A stretch of 64,000 bases of DNA from an uncultured Collinsella sp. (GCA_959596505.1 CAUFWM010000001.1:11113-75112), one strand, 5' to 3'; shown: positions 1 through 9,917, numbered from the stretch's first letter. Numbers and translations: made by a program. Notes: generated by a model from the sequence alone, not told the origin.

Positions 1-410
1 TCAAGCCCGTAACGTACGAACGCCTGGCGCAACTGCTCGACGAGCTTTCGAGCATGCGACCCGCTGTGACCGATGAGCTCGTAACCAAAACGTCCTTTGG
101 CTACCACGCCCTGCGCCTGTCCGATATCGAATATGCCGAGGCCCGCAACAAGCACGTGGTATTCCACCTGCGCGACGGGCGCGATATCGAGGCGCTTGAG
201 CCGTTCCGCAACATCGAGGACCAGCTAGCCAAAAACGCAAGCTTCTTTAAATGTCACCGTAGCTACCAGGTCAACCTGCGCAATATCGACCACTTCAACC
301 GCACGGATATCGTCATGCGCTCGGGCGCTTGCATCCCGCTGGCGCGCAGCTGCAAGCAGGGTTTCCAGGATGCCTACTTTGCGGCACGGTTCGAGGGCGG
401 GAGGCGCTAA
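1..410 (+). CDS. LytTR-family response regulator (5' partial)
   Basis: Frame is open from the window edge (KPVTYERL, receiver-domain KP motif), followed by the LytTR signature FFKCHRSYQVNLRNI. Confidence 0.9.
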   Translation, partial: KPVTYERLAQLLDELSSMRPAVTDELVTKTSFGYHALRLSDIEYAEARNKHVVFHLRDGRDIEALEPFRNIEDQLAKNASFFKCHRSYQVNLRNIDHFNRTDIVMRSGACIPLARSCKQGFQDAYFAARFEGGRR

Positions 411-1687
411 TGCTCCCCACGGCCGAGATGGTACTTTGGGCAATTCACCACGCAACAACCCTGCTTTTTGGCGTTTTTGCCTCGGCGGCGCTCTGCGGTA
501 TCGAGATCAACCGGCGTCATGCGCTTGAGCTGGTGATGGTCGGCGCCGTAACCGGATGCGCATTCGGCCTCGCCAATGCCGTCGGCGGCGAGCTTTTCGC
601 CCGTCAGGTATATCCACTCGTCGTGCATCTGCCGCTCGTCATCTATCTGTGCGCGCGCTATCGCCTGAGCCCGCTGCTCGTTATGCTGGGCGTCACCAGT
701 GCTTATCTGAGCTGCCAGTTCAGCAACTGGATGGGCATCGCCGCGCTCGCCGCCACCGACTCGCAAATCGCGTACTACGTGGCACGCATTATCACCACGG
801 CCGTCGTCTTTGCGATCCTGCTGCATTGGGCAAGCGACATCGGTCCGCGCCTGGCGGTCAAAACCCCCACCGAGCTCGAGATTCTGCTCATCCTGCCGCT
901 CGTCTATTACATCTTTGACTACGCCACCAACGTCTATACCACGCTCTTCCACTCGGGCTCCGTGGTGACGGTTGAGTTTTTGGCGTTTGCGCTTTGCGCG
1001 TTCTACCTTATGTTTCTTGCTGTGTATCTGCGCGAATACGAGGCGAAGGAAATCGCCGAGCGCGAGCGCTGGATGCTTGCGACCCGCGACAGCGCAGCCA
1101 TCAAGGAACTCGAAGCTTGGCGCCAATCTGGACGCGAGCTTTCGGTCCTCCGCCATGACATGCGGCACTTCCTGCGCGGCCTTGCGGCTTTGATCGAGGA
1201 GGGCCACATCGACGAGGCGCTCGAACACATCGACGAACTCTGTGAGACGAACGACCGCACCGCCGTGCGCCGCTACTGCGCCAACGACACAGTCAATATC
1301 GTGCTTTCGTCATTTAGCTCCGATATCAACCGAAGCGGCATCACCGCCGATTTGCGCGCCGCCGTACCCGAGAGCGTCCATGTAGCCGACGTCGATCTGT
1401 TTAGCGTGCTCTCGAACGCCCTGGACAACGCCATCGTCGCCGCGAGCGCCGCTCCCCAGGGCAAGCGATTTGTCGATCTGGACCTGCGTTGCGAGGACGG
1501 GCAACTGCTCCTTTTGGTCTCCAACACGTTTGGGCGCCCGCCGCGCATGGTCGACGGCATGCCCGTAGCCGGGCACACCGGACACGGCTTTGGAACCAAG
1601 AGCATTAAGCTTGCCGTCGAGCGCATGGACGGCAACTGCCAGTTTCGCATTCACGGTGACCGATTTGAGCTGCGCGCCGTGATGTAG
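410..1687 (+). CDS. AgrC/VirS-like membrane sensor histidine kinase (GHKL)
   Basis: ATG overlaps the upstream TAA. Multi-TM N-terminus, H-box LRHDMRH, N-box NALDNA, G-box GHGFG. Confidence 0.88.
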   Translation: MLPTAEMVLWAIHHATTLLFGVFASAALCGIEINRRHALELVMVGAVTGCAFGLANAVGGELFARQVYPLVVHLPLVIYLCARYRLSPLLVMLGVTSAYLSCQFSNWMGIAALAATDSQIAYYVARIITTAVVFAILLHWASDIGPRLAVKTPTELEILLILPLVYYIFDYATNVYTTLFHSGSVVTVEFLAFALCAFYLMFLAVYLREYEAKEIAERERWMLATRDSAAIKELEAWRQSGRELSVLRHDMRHFLRGLAALIEEGHIDEALEHIDELCETNDRTAVRRYCANDTVNIVLSSFSSDINRSGITADLRAAVPESVHVADVDLFSVLSNALDNAIVAASAAPQGKRFVDLDLRCEDGQLLLLVSNTFGRPPRMVDGMPVAGHTGHGFGTKSIKLAVERMDGNCQFRIHGDRFELRAVM

Positions 1688-1747
1688 GGGCGCGACAAGC
1701 CGGCGCCGCGCTCGACCCGTCAGGACCGCCTTGCCGGCGCCAGTCCG

Positions 1748-2323
1748 CTACAGCGGCGCGGCCGCCGGGGTCAGCTGTTTGATGTAGGCCCACATGCGCT
1801 GTTTGGCGGCTTTGTCAGTGAGCGCCGCCTCAAAACCGTCGAGCGCGAGCACGCGACGACCCTGAACATGGGCGACCAAGCCGGGCTTGAGCATGGCGGT
1901 ATCGAAGTCGTCGATTGCCACGAGCATGTCGGCATAGGTCTCGCGCATGGTATCGGCCGCGCGATCGTCCAGCAGCAGGACTGCCTCGGGGTCCAAAGCC
2001 TCGAGCGCCTCGCGGAACAGCTCGCACGGCAGGCCCTCGCCTGTCGCAACCGCTCCGTCGCCCGCGCCGGCGACGCTCGCCAGCACGCAAAAATCCTCGG
2101 GCGCGTAGCCGATGGCACCGAGCGCCTTGCGCAGCGCAGCACCGTCCGGACCGGCAGCCAGCTCACCGCCCGCACGCTCGGCATCGTCTAAATCACCTTT
2201 TACCAGTACAATCGGCGAGCACGCGTTGCCCGCGATGCGCACGCCGCGACCCGCGAGCGATGCGAGCTCCTGCTCGGTCGCCTGGGCGATAGCTTCTTTT
2301 TTCTGGCTTTGTGACGTGGGCAT
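1748..2323 (-). CDS. Hypothetical protein with a degenerate family-4 uracil-DNA-glycosylase-like fold
   Basis: GGAG RBS before ATG 2323. GNACSPIVLVKG...AGPDGAALRKALGAIG...LDPEAVLLL...KQRMWAYIKQL parallels the UDG-4 layout. Confidence 0.65.
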   Translation of the reverse strand: MPTSQSQKKEAIAQATEQELASLAGRGVRIAGNACSPIVLVKGDLDDAERAGGELAAGPDGAALRKALGAIGYAPEDFCVLASVAGAGDGAVATGEGLPCELFREALEALDPEAVLLLDDRAADTMRETYADMLVAIDDFDTAMLKPGLVAHVQGRRVLALDGFEAALTDKAAKQRMWAYIKQLTPAAAPL

Positions 2324-2459
2324 GCGCTCTCCAATCGTTTGCGTGCCCACCATTATATAAAAGAGCCGCCCGCGAGTGGTTGCATTGCGGGCCGTTGGGT
2401 ATAAGCACGGTCGTACTGAGTTTTACGCGGCCGAGCCGCGTCGCACTATGGAGGTCACC

Positions 2460-2780
2460 ATGGCTGACATTAAGCAGATTACCCCCGAGAACTTCGATTC
2501 CGTCGTTAACAGCAGCCTTCCCGTGCTGGTTGATTTTTGGGCACCGTGGTGCGGTCCCTGCCGCTCGCTCTCGCCCATTGTTGACGAAGTGGCCGACGAG
2601 CTGGCCGGCAAACTCGCCGTCGCCAAATGCAACGTCGACGACAATCAGGACCTGGCCATGAAGTTTGGCGTTATGAGCATCCCCACGCTGGTTGTCTTTA
2701 AGAACGGCGAGGAAATCGACCGCTCCGTTGGCGCGCTGCCCAAGGCCAGGCTGCAGGCGCTGCTTGAGAAGCACCTGTAA
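2460..2780 (+). CDS. trxA: Thioredoxin
   Basis: VLVDFWAPWCGPC active site; GGAGG RBS. Confidence 0.97.
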   Translation: MADIKQITPENFDSVVNSSLPVLVDFWAPWCGPCRSLSPIVDEVADELAGKLAVAKCNVDDNQDLAMKFGVMSIPTLVVFKNGEEIDRSVGALPKARLQALLEKHL

Positions 2781-2890
2781 TACGCCGGTCATGTGCTGCC
2801 GTCCATGAGCGGTTTTGCGCCGCTCACCGGAGAGCCGGGTGCTGCGCCCGCGACCACGGATAGTATGGTAATCACAAACAGCCCCCAGTG

Positions 2891-2929
2891 AACGGGTGCG
2901 GGTCAGACGGACTCGCACCCGTTTTCTTA
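2891..2929 (+). terminator. Rho-independent terminator after trxA
   Basis: AACGGGTGCGGGTC-AGACG-GACTCGCACCCGTT hairpin followed by a T-rich tail. Confidence 0.65.
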
Positions 2930-3000
2930 TGCGGCGATGCGCAAAGCGGGCGTAGTAGAATCTGAACCACTGAATAGACCCGTACAAAAGGAGATTTCCC

Positions 3001-3249
3001 ATGCATGACGTCGGAATGAACATGAGCCAGCTTGCCATGAGCGTCAAGCAGGTCGACGACACGATCGAGCTCGCCCACGAGTGGAGCCATCAGCTGCTGC
3101 ATGCAACCGAGAACTTTGATATGGAGCGCATTGGTGCCAAGCTCGAGGCCGCCATGGCGGCGCTCCACGAGGCGCACGACGCACTCGAGGGCTACGAGGA
3201 GGCCATCGAGGCCGACCACAACTCCGTTGGCTCCGTAAAGCTGGTGTAG
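3001..3249 (+). CDS. Small His-rich helical protein, first gene of the nikR-hyp operon
   Basis: AAGGAG RBS; 82 aa with 7 His; stop lies 1 nt before the nikR start. Confidence 0.8.
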   Translation: MHDVGMNMSQLAMSVKQVDDTIELAHEWSHQLLHATENFDMERIGAKLEAAMAALHEAHDALEGYEEAIEADHNSVGSVKLV

Positions 3250-3250
3250 C

Positions 3251-3757
3251 GTGGCCGAGCACGAGCACACCTGCGGGCACGAGCATTCGCACGGGCCGAC
3301 CGGCGACGCGGGCTGCCGTTGCAGCGGCTCCGCCTCCGAGCTGGTCCGTTTTTCGGTCACCGCGCCCGACGACCTGCTGCGCCGCTTTGACGAGCAGATC
3401 GCACGCCGCGGTGACGTGGCCAACCGCTCCGAGGCCGTGCGCGACCTGATTCGCGCCTCGATTGCCAAGGAGCAGATGCGAACGCCCGACGAGCAGGTCA
3501 TCGGATCGCTCACCATGATTTACGACCATCACACCGGCGACCTGACGCGCCGCCTGGACGAGGTGCAACACGACTACACCGACGAGATCGTATCGACCAT
3601 GCATGTGCATCTGGATCACCACAACTGTTTGGAGATTCTGGCACTTAAGGGTCGCGGCGAGCGTGTCTACGAGCTGGCTGACCGTCTGCTGGGCCTGCGC
3701 GGCGTTAAACACGGCGAGCTCACCTGCGCCGCCACCGAGCAGAGCCTAGGGCTGTAA
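3251..3757 (+). CDS. nikR: Nickel-responsive regulator NikR with a His/Cys-rich N-terminal extension
   Basis: RHH domain (RFSVT...NRSEAVRDLIR) and C-terminal Ni site QH...HVHLDHHNCLE. Confidence 0.93.
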   Translation: MAEHEHTCGHEHSHGPTGDAGCRCSGSASELVRFSVTAPDDLLRRFDEQIARRGDVANRSEAVRDLIRASIAKEQMRTPDEQVIGSLTMIYDHHTGDLTRRLDEVQHDYTDEIVSTMHVHLDHHNCLEILALKGRGERVYELADRLLGLRGVKHGELTCAATEQSLGL

Positions 3758-3786
3758 CAGCACACATTTCAACGAAGGAGGATCGC

Positions 3787-6258
3787 ATGCGACATGCGCA
3801 TATCCATGTAACGGGCATTGTGCAGGGTGTCGGCATGCGACCGTTTGTGTATCGCGAGGCCATGGCGCACGGCATTTGCGGCTGGGTGCTCAACGCGGGC
3901 GATGGCGTGCATATCGAGGCGCACGCTCTCAACGAGTCGCTCGACGAATTTGTCGCCGCGCTTTCCGAGCATGCGCCTGCGGCGTCTCGCGTGGAGCATG
4001 TCGAGGTTATGGACCTAGCATCCGGCGACTGGGACCCCACCAACGAGCAGGGCTTTCGCATTGTGGCGTCGCAGGATCAAACCGCACACACGACGCTCGT
4101 CTCGCCCGACATCGCCACGTGCGACGACTGCCTGCGCGAGCTGTTCGACCCCGCCGACCGACGCTTTCACTATCCCTTTATCAACTGCACCAACTGTGGA
4201 CCGCGCTTTACCATCATCCGCTCGCTGCCCTATGACCGAGCGGCCACCTCGATGGATCGCTTTCCCATGTGCCCCACCTGCGCTGCAGAGTATGCCGACC
4301 CACTCGATCGGCGCTTTCACGCGCAGCCCGATGCCTGCTTTGAATGCGGGCCGCACATTACGTGGCGCGAGGCGGATCGCGGCGTTGTGCCGACGGCGGT
4401 CGACGCGACACCGGCCGTCGGCTCTACGCGCGAGGCCAGCGATGCCATCATCGAACACTGCATCGAGCTGCTGGCAGGCGGCGGCATCGTCGCCATCAAG
4501 GGTCTCGGTGGGTTCCACCTAGCCTGCGACGCCGTCAACGAACAGGCGGTGTGCGAGTTGCGCCGTCGCAAGCGTCGCAGTAATAAGCCGCTTGCCGTTA
4601 TGGTGCGCAGCCTTGCCGATGCCGAGCGCCTGTGTCATATCGATGGCATTGAGCGCAACCTGCTTGCCGGCAGTGTTCGTCCCATCGTGCTGTTGCGTCG
4701 CCGCGCAGCCGGCAACGACGCCCACGGCTTCCCCGACGCCCCCGAGCTCGCGCCATCCGTCGCTTACGATCTGCCCGAACTTGGCGTCATGCTCCCCTAC
4801 ACCCCGCTTCAACATTTGCTGCTCGCCGCGGCCGCAGCACACGGTATGCAAGCACTCGTCATGACCAGCGGAAACCTGAGCGAAGAGCCCATCGAGACCG
4901 ACGATGCCCTTGCATGGGAGCACCTTGTTGCCGCCGGCATCGCCGACGCGCTGCTCGGTAACGACCGCGCGATTCTGTCGCGCTACGATGACTCCGTGGT
5001 ACGCGTAGTCGACGGCGACGTCATGCCCGTGCGTCGCGCACGCGGATATGCGCCGCAGCCGCTGCCGTTGCCGGCGCTCGACGGCATCACGCCCTGCGTG
5101 CTCGCCTGCGGTCCGCAGCAAAAAGCCACGGTCGCACTCACGCGCGAGGACGCCGACGGCCATACGACCTGTTTTGTGTCGCAGCATATCGGCGATGTCG
5201 AAAACGGTGCGACTTTCGATGCTTGGAGCGCCGCGCGCTCGCGTCTGGAAAACCTCTTTGACCTGGCGCCTGCCGCCCTGGCATGCGATATGCATCCCAG
5301 TTATCTGTCGAGCCAATGGGCGCGCGAGCAGGCACGGGAGCACAATCTGCCGCTTATCGAAGTCCAGCACCATCATGCGCACATCGCGAGCGTCATGGCA
5401 GAGGCGATTGCCGCAGGCCGGCTTACGCCCGATGCACGCGTCCTCGGCATCGCCTTCGACGGCACGGGTGCCGGCACCGACGGCACCATATGGGGCGGTG
5501 AGTTTCTTGTCGCCCATCTCGCCGATTTTGAGCGCGTCGCGCATCTGCGCGCCTGGGCGCTTCCCGGTGGCGCCGCATCCGTACACGATGCCCGCCGCAA
5601 CGCCTTTGCCCTGCTCAGCGAGCTCGACCTGCTCGAGCACCCAGGAGCCGTGGGGCTCTTGAACAGCCTTGACGAGCAAACGCGCAGCATAACGGCAACG
5701 ATGATCGAGCGCGGCATCAACAGTCCGCGCACCAGCAGTATGGGTCGCTTGTTTGATGCCGCAGCCGCGATTTTGGGCATTTGCGGCCAGGCAACCTACG
5801 AGGGCGAACCCGCCATCGAGCTCGAAGCCGCCGCTTGGCGTGCACTGGACGGCAAAATCGCCCGTTTTCCCGACGACAACGTCGGCTATTCCACATCTGG
5901 CCCATCGTGGTTGGACGGCCCCGATGTGCTGGACCAGAAAGCACTCTTTGAGACACTTTTGGAGGGAATTGAAGCCGGAGCGCCCGCCGACAGGCTCGCA
6001 CTCGACTTCCATGTCGCCGTCGCGCGCTCCTCGGCGCGCATCGCCACCGAAATCTGCGCGCGCGAGGGCATTGGCACCGTCGCGCTCTCGGGCGGCGTGT
6101 TCATGAACCGACTTCTGCTCCAGCTCCTCACCCGCGAGCTCAAATACGCGGGCCTTGCTGTCTTGGTCCCCCACACCGTACCCGTCAATGACGGCTGCAT
6201 CGCCTACGGTCAGGCGGCGGTCGCAAGCGCTCGTCTTGCGCAGATTGCATCGCAGTAG
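3787..6258 (+). CDS. hypF: Carbamoyltransferase HypF
   Basis: Acylphosphatase motif GIVQGVGMRPF, zinc fingers CDDC...CTNCGPR and CPTC...CFECGP, QHHHAH, NDGCIAYGQ. Confidence 0.97.
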   Translation: MRHAHIHVTGIVQGVGMRPFVYREAMAHGICGWVLNAGDGVHIEAHALNESLDEFVAALSEHAPAASRVEHVEVMDLASGDWDPTNEQGFRIVASQDQTAHTTLVSPDIATCDDCLRELFDPADRRFHYPFINCTNCGPRFTIIRSLPYDRAATSMDRFPMCPTCAAEYADPLDRRFHAQPDACFECGPHITWREADRGVVPTAVDATPAVGSTREASDAIIEHCIELLAGGGIVAIKGLGGFHLACDAVNEQAVCELRRRKRRSNKPLAVMVRSLADAERLCHIDGIERNLLAGSVRPIVLLRRRAAGNDAHGFPDAPELAPSVAYDLPELGVMLPYTPLQHLLLAAAAAHGMQALVMTSGNLSEEPIETDDALAWEHLVAAGIADALLGNDRAILSRYDDSVVRVVDGDVMPVRRARGYAPQPLPLPALDGITPCVLACGPQQKATVALTREDADGHTTCFVSQHIGDVENGATFDAWSAARSRLENLFDLAPAALACDMHPSYLSSQWAREQAREHNLPLIEVQHHHAHIASVMAEAIAAGRLTPDARVLGIAFDGTGAGTDGTIWGGEFLVAHLADFERVAHLRAWALPGGAASVHDARRNAFALLSELDLLEHPGAVGLLNSLDEQTRSITATMIERGINSPRTSSMGRLFDAAAAILGICGQATYEGEPAIELEAAAWRALDGKIARFPDDNVGYSTSGPSWLDGPDVLDQKALFETLLEGIEAGAPADRLALDFHVAVARSSARIATEICAREGIGTVALSGGVFMNRLLLQLLTRELKYAGLAVLVPHTVPVNDGCIAYGQAAVASARLAQIASQ

Positions 6259-6392
6259 CTCGCCCTCACACGCCGCTGTGCCCAGCCGTCTCACAGGCGT
6301 AACGCGTTTGCCCGCAAACCCCGCGAGCGCTACCATCAACTGATGGATTATTGAGCGCCTATCCAGCGCAAAGCGTCTAAAAGGGGAACAAT

Positions 6393-6653
6393 ATGTGCCT
6401 TGCCGTTCCCGGTAAAGTAGTCAAACGCGACGACGACCTCAAGGCCACCGTCGACATGATGGGCATCGAGCGCCCCGTGTCGCTGCGACTCGTGCCGACG
6501 GCGCAGGTTGGCGACTATATTCTCGTACACGCCGGCTTTGGCATCCAGATCGTCGACGAGCAGGAAGCGCAGGAGACGCTCGACCTGGTCAACGCCATGA
6601 CCGAGCTGGTCGAAGAAGACCAGCTCGCCAGCAACCCGACCGAGGCATACTAG
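6393..6653 (+). CDS. hypC: Hydrogenase maturation chaperone HypC
   Basis: MCLAVPG N-terminus; GDYILVHAGF. Confidence 0.97.
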   Translation: MCLAVPGKVVKRDDDLKATVDMMGIERPVSLRLVPTAQVGDYILVHAGFGIQIVDEQEAQETLDLVNAMTELVEEDQLASNPTEAY

Positions 6654-7765
6654 TGGCGGCCGGACAGCCGGCTCGCTCCGGTATCGACTTTTCGGCATTT
6701 CGCGATTCCAAGCTGGCCCGCGAGCTCATCGAACGCATCCATGAACTCGTCGGCGACCGCACCATCAACCTTATGGAAGTCTGCGGCACGCACACCGTGA
6801 GCATCGGCCGCTATGGCTTTCGCTCCATTATGCCGGCCGGGCTCAAGCTGCTGAGTGGCCCGGGCTGCCCCGTCTGCGTAACCGCCAACCGCGACATCGA
6901 CCACGCGATCGCGCTCGCCAACATAGACGGCGCCATCATCACCACCTTTGGCGACATGATGCGCGTGCCCGGATCGTCCACCTCGCTCGCTGCGCAAAAG
7001 GCGGCAGGGCGCGACATCCGCATCGTCTATTCCCCGCTCGACGCGCTCGACATCGCCGAGCAAAACCCCGATCGTCCGGTCATTTTTATGGGCGTGGGCT
7101 TTGAGACTACGACGCCCACCATCGCCGCCGCCATCTTGGAGGCCGAGGCACGCGGGCTTTTGAACTTTTCGGTCTATTGCGCCCACAAGACCACGCCGCC
7201 GGCGTTGCGCGCCATCGCCAACGACCCCGAGACCGCCATCGACGGCTTTATCCTGCCGGGCCACGTCGCCACCATCACGGGCTTGGCGCCCTTTAGCTTT
7301 TTGGTCGACGAGTTCAATACCCCGGGCGTGGTCACGGGATTTGAACCGGTCGATATCCTGCAGGGCATCTGCATGCTGGTCCAGATGATTGTCGAGGGCA
7401 GGCCTGCGATCGACAACGCCTACCGCCGTGGCGTCAACGCAGACGGCAACCCCGTGGCGCGCCAGCTGGTCGAGCAGGTGTTTGAGCCATGCGGCACCAC
7501 GTGGCGCGGGCTGGGGCCGATTGCCAACTCGGGCCTTTCTATCCACCCCGAGTTCTCGCGCTTTGATGCCCGCGCTCGCTTTGACGTGCCCGTTGAGGCG
7601 ACGGTCGAGCCGCGTGGATGCCGCTGTGGCGACGTGCTGCGCGGGGCCATTACGCCGAGCAGCTGTCCGCTCTTTGGCCGCACCTGCACGCCCGAGCACC
7701 CCGTCGGACCGTGCATGGTGAGCTCCGAGGGCAGCTGCGCGGCGTACTACCGCTACCGTAACTAG
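6653..7765 (+). CDS. hypD: Hydrogenase maturation protein HypD
   Basis: MEVCGTHT, GPGCPVC, GFETT, PGHV, GPCMVSSEGSCAAYY. Confidence 0.97.
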   Translation: MAAGQPARSGIDFSAFRDSKLARELIERIHELVGDRTINLMEVCGTHTVSIGRYGFRSIMPAGLKLLSGPGCPVCVTANRDIDHAIALANIDGAIITTFGDMMRVPGSSTSLAAQKAAGRDIRIVYSPLDALDIAEQNPDRPVIFMGVGFETTTPTIAAAILEAEARGLLNFSVYCAHKTTPPALRAIANDPETAIDGFILPGHVATITGLAPFSFLVDEFNTPGVVTGFEPVDILQGICMLVQMIVEGRPAIDNAYRRGVNADGNPVARQLVEQVFEPCGTTWRGLGPIANSGLSIHPEFSRFDARARFDVPVEATVEPRGCRCGDVLRGAITPSSCPLFGRTCTPEHPVGPCMVSSEGSCAAYYRYRN

Positions 7766-7813
7766 CCTGGACGCACCCGCACACTGGCACCACCCACGAT
7801 TGGAGTTTTGGAT

Positions 7814-8848
7814 ATGTCCCATAGCATCACCGATAGCACCGTCCTGTTGGGCCACGGCTCTGGCGGGCAGATGATGAAGCGCATTATCGATGAGGTCTTT
7901 CTGGATGCCTTTGGGTCGCCCGAGCTGCTCGAGGGCAACGATGCCGGCGTCGCTGCGCTGCCCGCGAGCGGGCGCATCGCCATGTCGACCGACAGCTTTG
8001 TAGTCTCGCCGCAGTTCTTCCCCGGTGGCAACATCGGCCGCCTCGCCGTGTGCGGAACCGTCAACGATGTCGCGACCTCGGGCGCCAACGTGCGCTACCT
8101 GTCGTGCGGCTTTATCCTCGAAGAGGGTTATCCCATGGATAAGCTCCACCAGATTGTGCAGACGATGGCCGAAACGGCGCACGAGGCGGGCGTGTCCATA
8201 ATCACGGGCGACACCAAGGTGGTCGAACGCGGCGGGGCCGACGGCGTCTACATCAATACCGCCGGCGTGGGCGAGGTTCCCACGGGCGTGGCGCTCAGCG
8301 GCGCCAACTGCCGCCCCGGCGACGTCATCCTGGTATCGGGTACGCTGGGCGACCACGGTATCGCCATCATGAGCCAGCGCGAGGGTTTGGCCTTTTCGAG
8401 CACGATAGAAAGCGACGCCGCGCCGCTCAACCACCTGATTGCCGCCGTTCTGGCCGCAGCGCCCGGCACGCGTTGCTTTCGCGACCCCACGCGCGGTGGC
8501 CTGGCGTCCACACTCAACGAGTTTGCCCAGGCCAGCGGTGTTGCCATGGAGGTCGACGAGGATGCCGTGCCCGTGCGTCCCGACGTGCAGGCCGCCTGCG
8601 AGATGCTCGGCTACGATGTGCTGCAGGTGGCAAACGAGGGCAAGATGGTTGCCGTCGTGCCGGCCGAGCAAGCCGATGCCGCGCTGGCCGCCATGCGCGC
8701 CGCCCGCTACGGCGAGAATGCCGCCATCATCGGTCGCGTGCTGCCACTTGCCGAGGGCTCCCGTCCCGCCGTGCGCGTGCGCACCGGCTGGGGCTCGACC
8801 CGTATCCTCGACATGCTCGTGGGAGAGCAGCTGCCGAGAATTTGCTAG
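7814..8848 (+). CDS. hypE: Hydrogenase maturation protein HypE
   Basis: HGSGG, TDSFVVSP, DPTRGG, ANEG and C-terminal PRIC. Confidence 0.97.
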   Translation: MSHSITDSTVLLGHGSGGQMMKRIIDEVFLDAFGSPELLEGNDAGVAALPASGRIAMSTDSFVVSPQFFPGGNIGRLAVCGTVNDVATSGANVRYLSCGFILEEGYPMDKLHQIVQTMAETAHEAGVSIITGDTKVVERGGADGVYINTAGVGEVPTGVALSGANCRPGDVILVSGTLGDHGIAIMSQREGLAFSSTIESDAAPLNHLIAAVLAAAPGTRCFRDPTRGGLASTLNEFAQASGVAMEVDEDAVPVRPDVQAACEMLGYDVLQVANEGKMVAVVPAEQADAALAAMRAARYGENAAIIGRVLPLAEGSRPAVRVRTGWGSTRILDMLVGEQLPRIC

Positions 8849-8971
8849 GGCGGAATCGCATGATTGGCGCGATGTCACCTGGTATCCCTGGAGATGTTCA
8901 GATTCCAACCACGCCCAACGCGGAAGCCCAGTATTATGAGGTGCGTTTTAAATCCAATGACGGGAGCTTTC

Positions 8972-9640
8972 ATGGCAGCAGCTTTTTCCCATGTGATCTT
9001 TGACCTGGACGGCACCATCCTCAACACGCTCGAGGACCTGGCGGCCGCCGGCAACCATACCTGCGAGACGCACGGCTGGCCCACGTTTGCCGTCGACGAG
9101 TACCGCTACAAGGTGGGAAACGGCATGCTCAAGCTGGTTGAGCGTTTTATGCCTGCCGAGTATGCAGGCGACAGCCGTATGTTTGAGCAGACGCTTGCCG
9201 AGTTTAGGGCTTACTACGGCGAGCACAAGGAGGACCACACCGCCCCCTATGCCGGCACAATCGAGATGCTCGACCGCCTGCGCGCCGCGGGTGTGCAGCT
9301 AGCCGTACTCACTAACAAGGACCACGTCTCGGCGGCTCCGCTTATCGAGAAGTATTTTGGTCCCGAGCGCTTTGCGCTGGTACAGGGCCGTGCCGATGCG
9401 TTTCCGCCCAAGCCCGAAGCACCCGTCACGCTGCATGTGATGAAAGAGCTGGGTGCCGATCCGGCAACCACGCTCTATGTGGGCGATTCCAATGTCGATA
9501 TCCTGACCGGTCACAACGCCGGCCTTAAGAGCGCGGGCGTCAGCTGGGGCTTCCGCGGCCGCGCAGAGCTGGAAGCCGCCGGCGCCGACTACGTGGTGGA
9601 CACCCAGGCAGAGCTCACAGCGCTGGTACTGGGCGAATAA
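8972..9640 (+). CDS. HAD-family phosphatase (phosphoglycolate phosphatase-like)
   Basis: FDLDGT, LTNK, KPEA and YVGDSNVD motifs. Confidence 0.9.
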   Translation: MAAAFSHVIFDLDGTILNTLEDLAAAGNHTCETHGWPTFAVDEYRYKVGNGMLKLVERFMPAEYAGDSRMFEQTLAEFRAYYGEHKEDHTAPYAGTIEMLDRLRAAGVQLAVLTNKDHVSAAPLIEKYFGPERFALVQGRADAFPPKPEAPVTLHVMKELGADPATTLYVGDSNVDILTGHNAGLKSAGVSWGFRGRAELEAAGADYVVDTQAELTALVLGE

Positions 9641-9660
9641 CCGCCCATCCCCCCACGGGC

Positions 9661-9689
9661 AGCTAATGTGGGACGGGGCTCTTTTAGCT
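9661..9689. repeat. GGGAC-loop hairpin, family B (AGCTAA...GGGACGGGG...TTAGCT)
   Basis: Related 28-29 nt copies at 26235-26263, 26291-26319 and 26379-26406. Confidence 0.75.
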
Positions 9690-9733
9690 GCCCCCGCAAC
9701 AAAGAAATGTCCCCGACTGCCGCACCATGGCAG

Positions 9734-9899
9734 CGCCGCAGGTAGAGGACGGACAGCGAGCGGCACCAGAGCGAACAAATTGGCATGAAAAGAGGACGGC
9801 ATAGACCTTCTGGTCATGCCGTCCTCTTTGAATGACAAGTTGTCGCTCTGGTGCCCGCGCAGCGTCGAGCAGTTGCGGCGTTTGGTAAAACGCCGCAAC
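9734..9899. repeat. 166-bp structured palindromic element, copy 1
   Basis: Same length, ends and hairpin architecture as 12591-12756. Confidence 0.85.
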
Positions 9900-9917
9900 G
9901 AACTACCGCGTAACCCC

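Noticed and set aside
2930..3000. E. coli-type NikR operator (GTATGA-N16-TCATAC) upstream of the hyp operon
   Set aside because: No convincing match seen here or upstream of ech.
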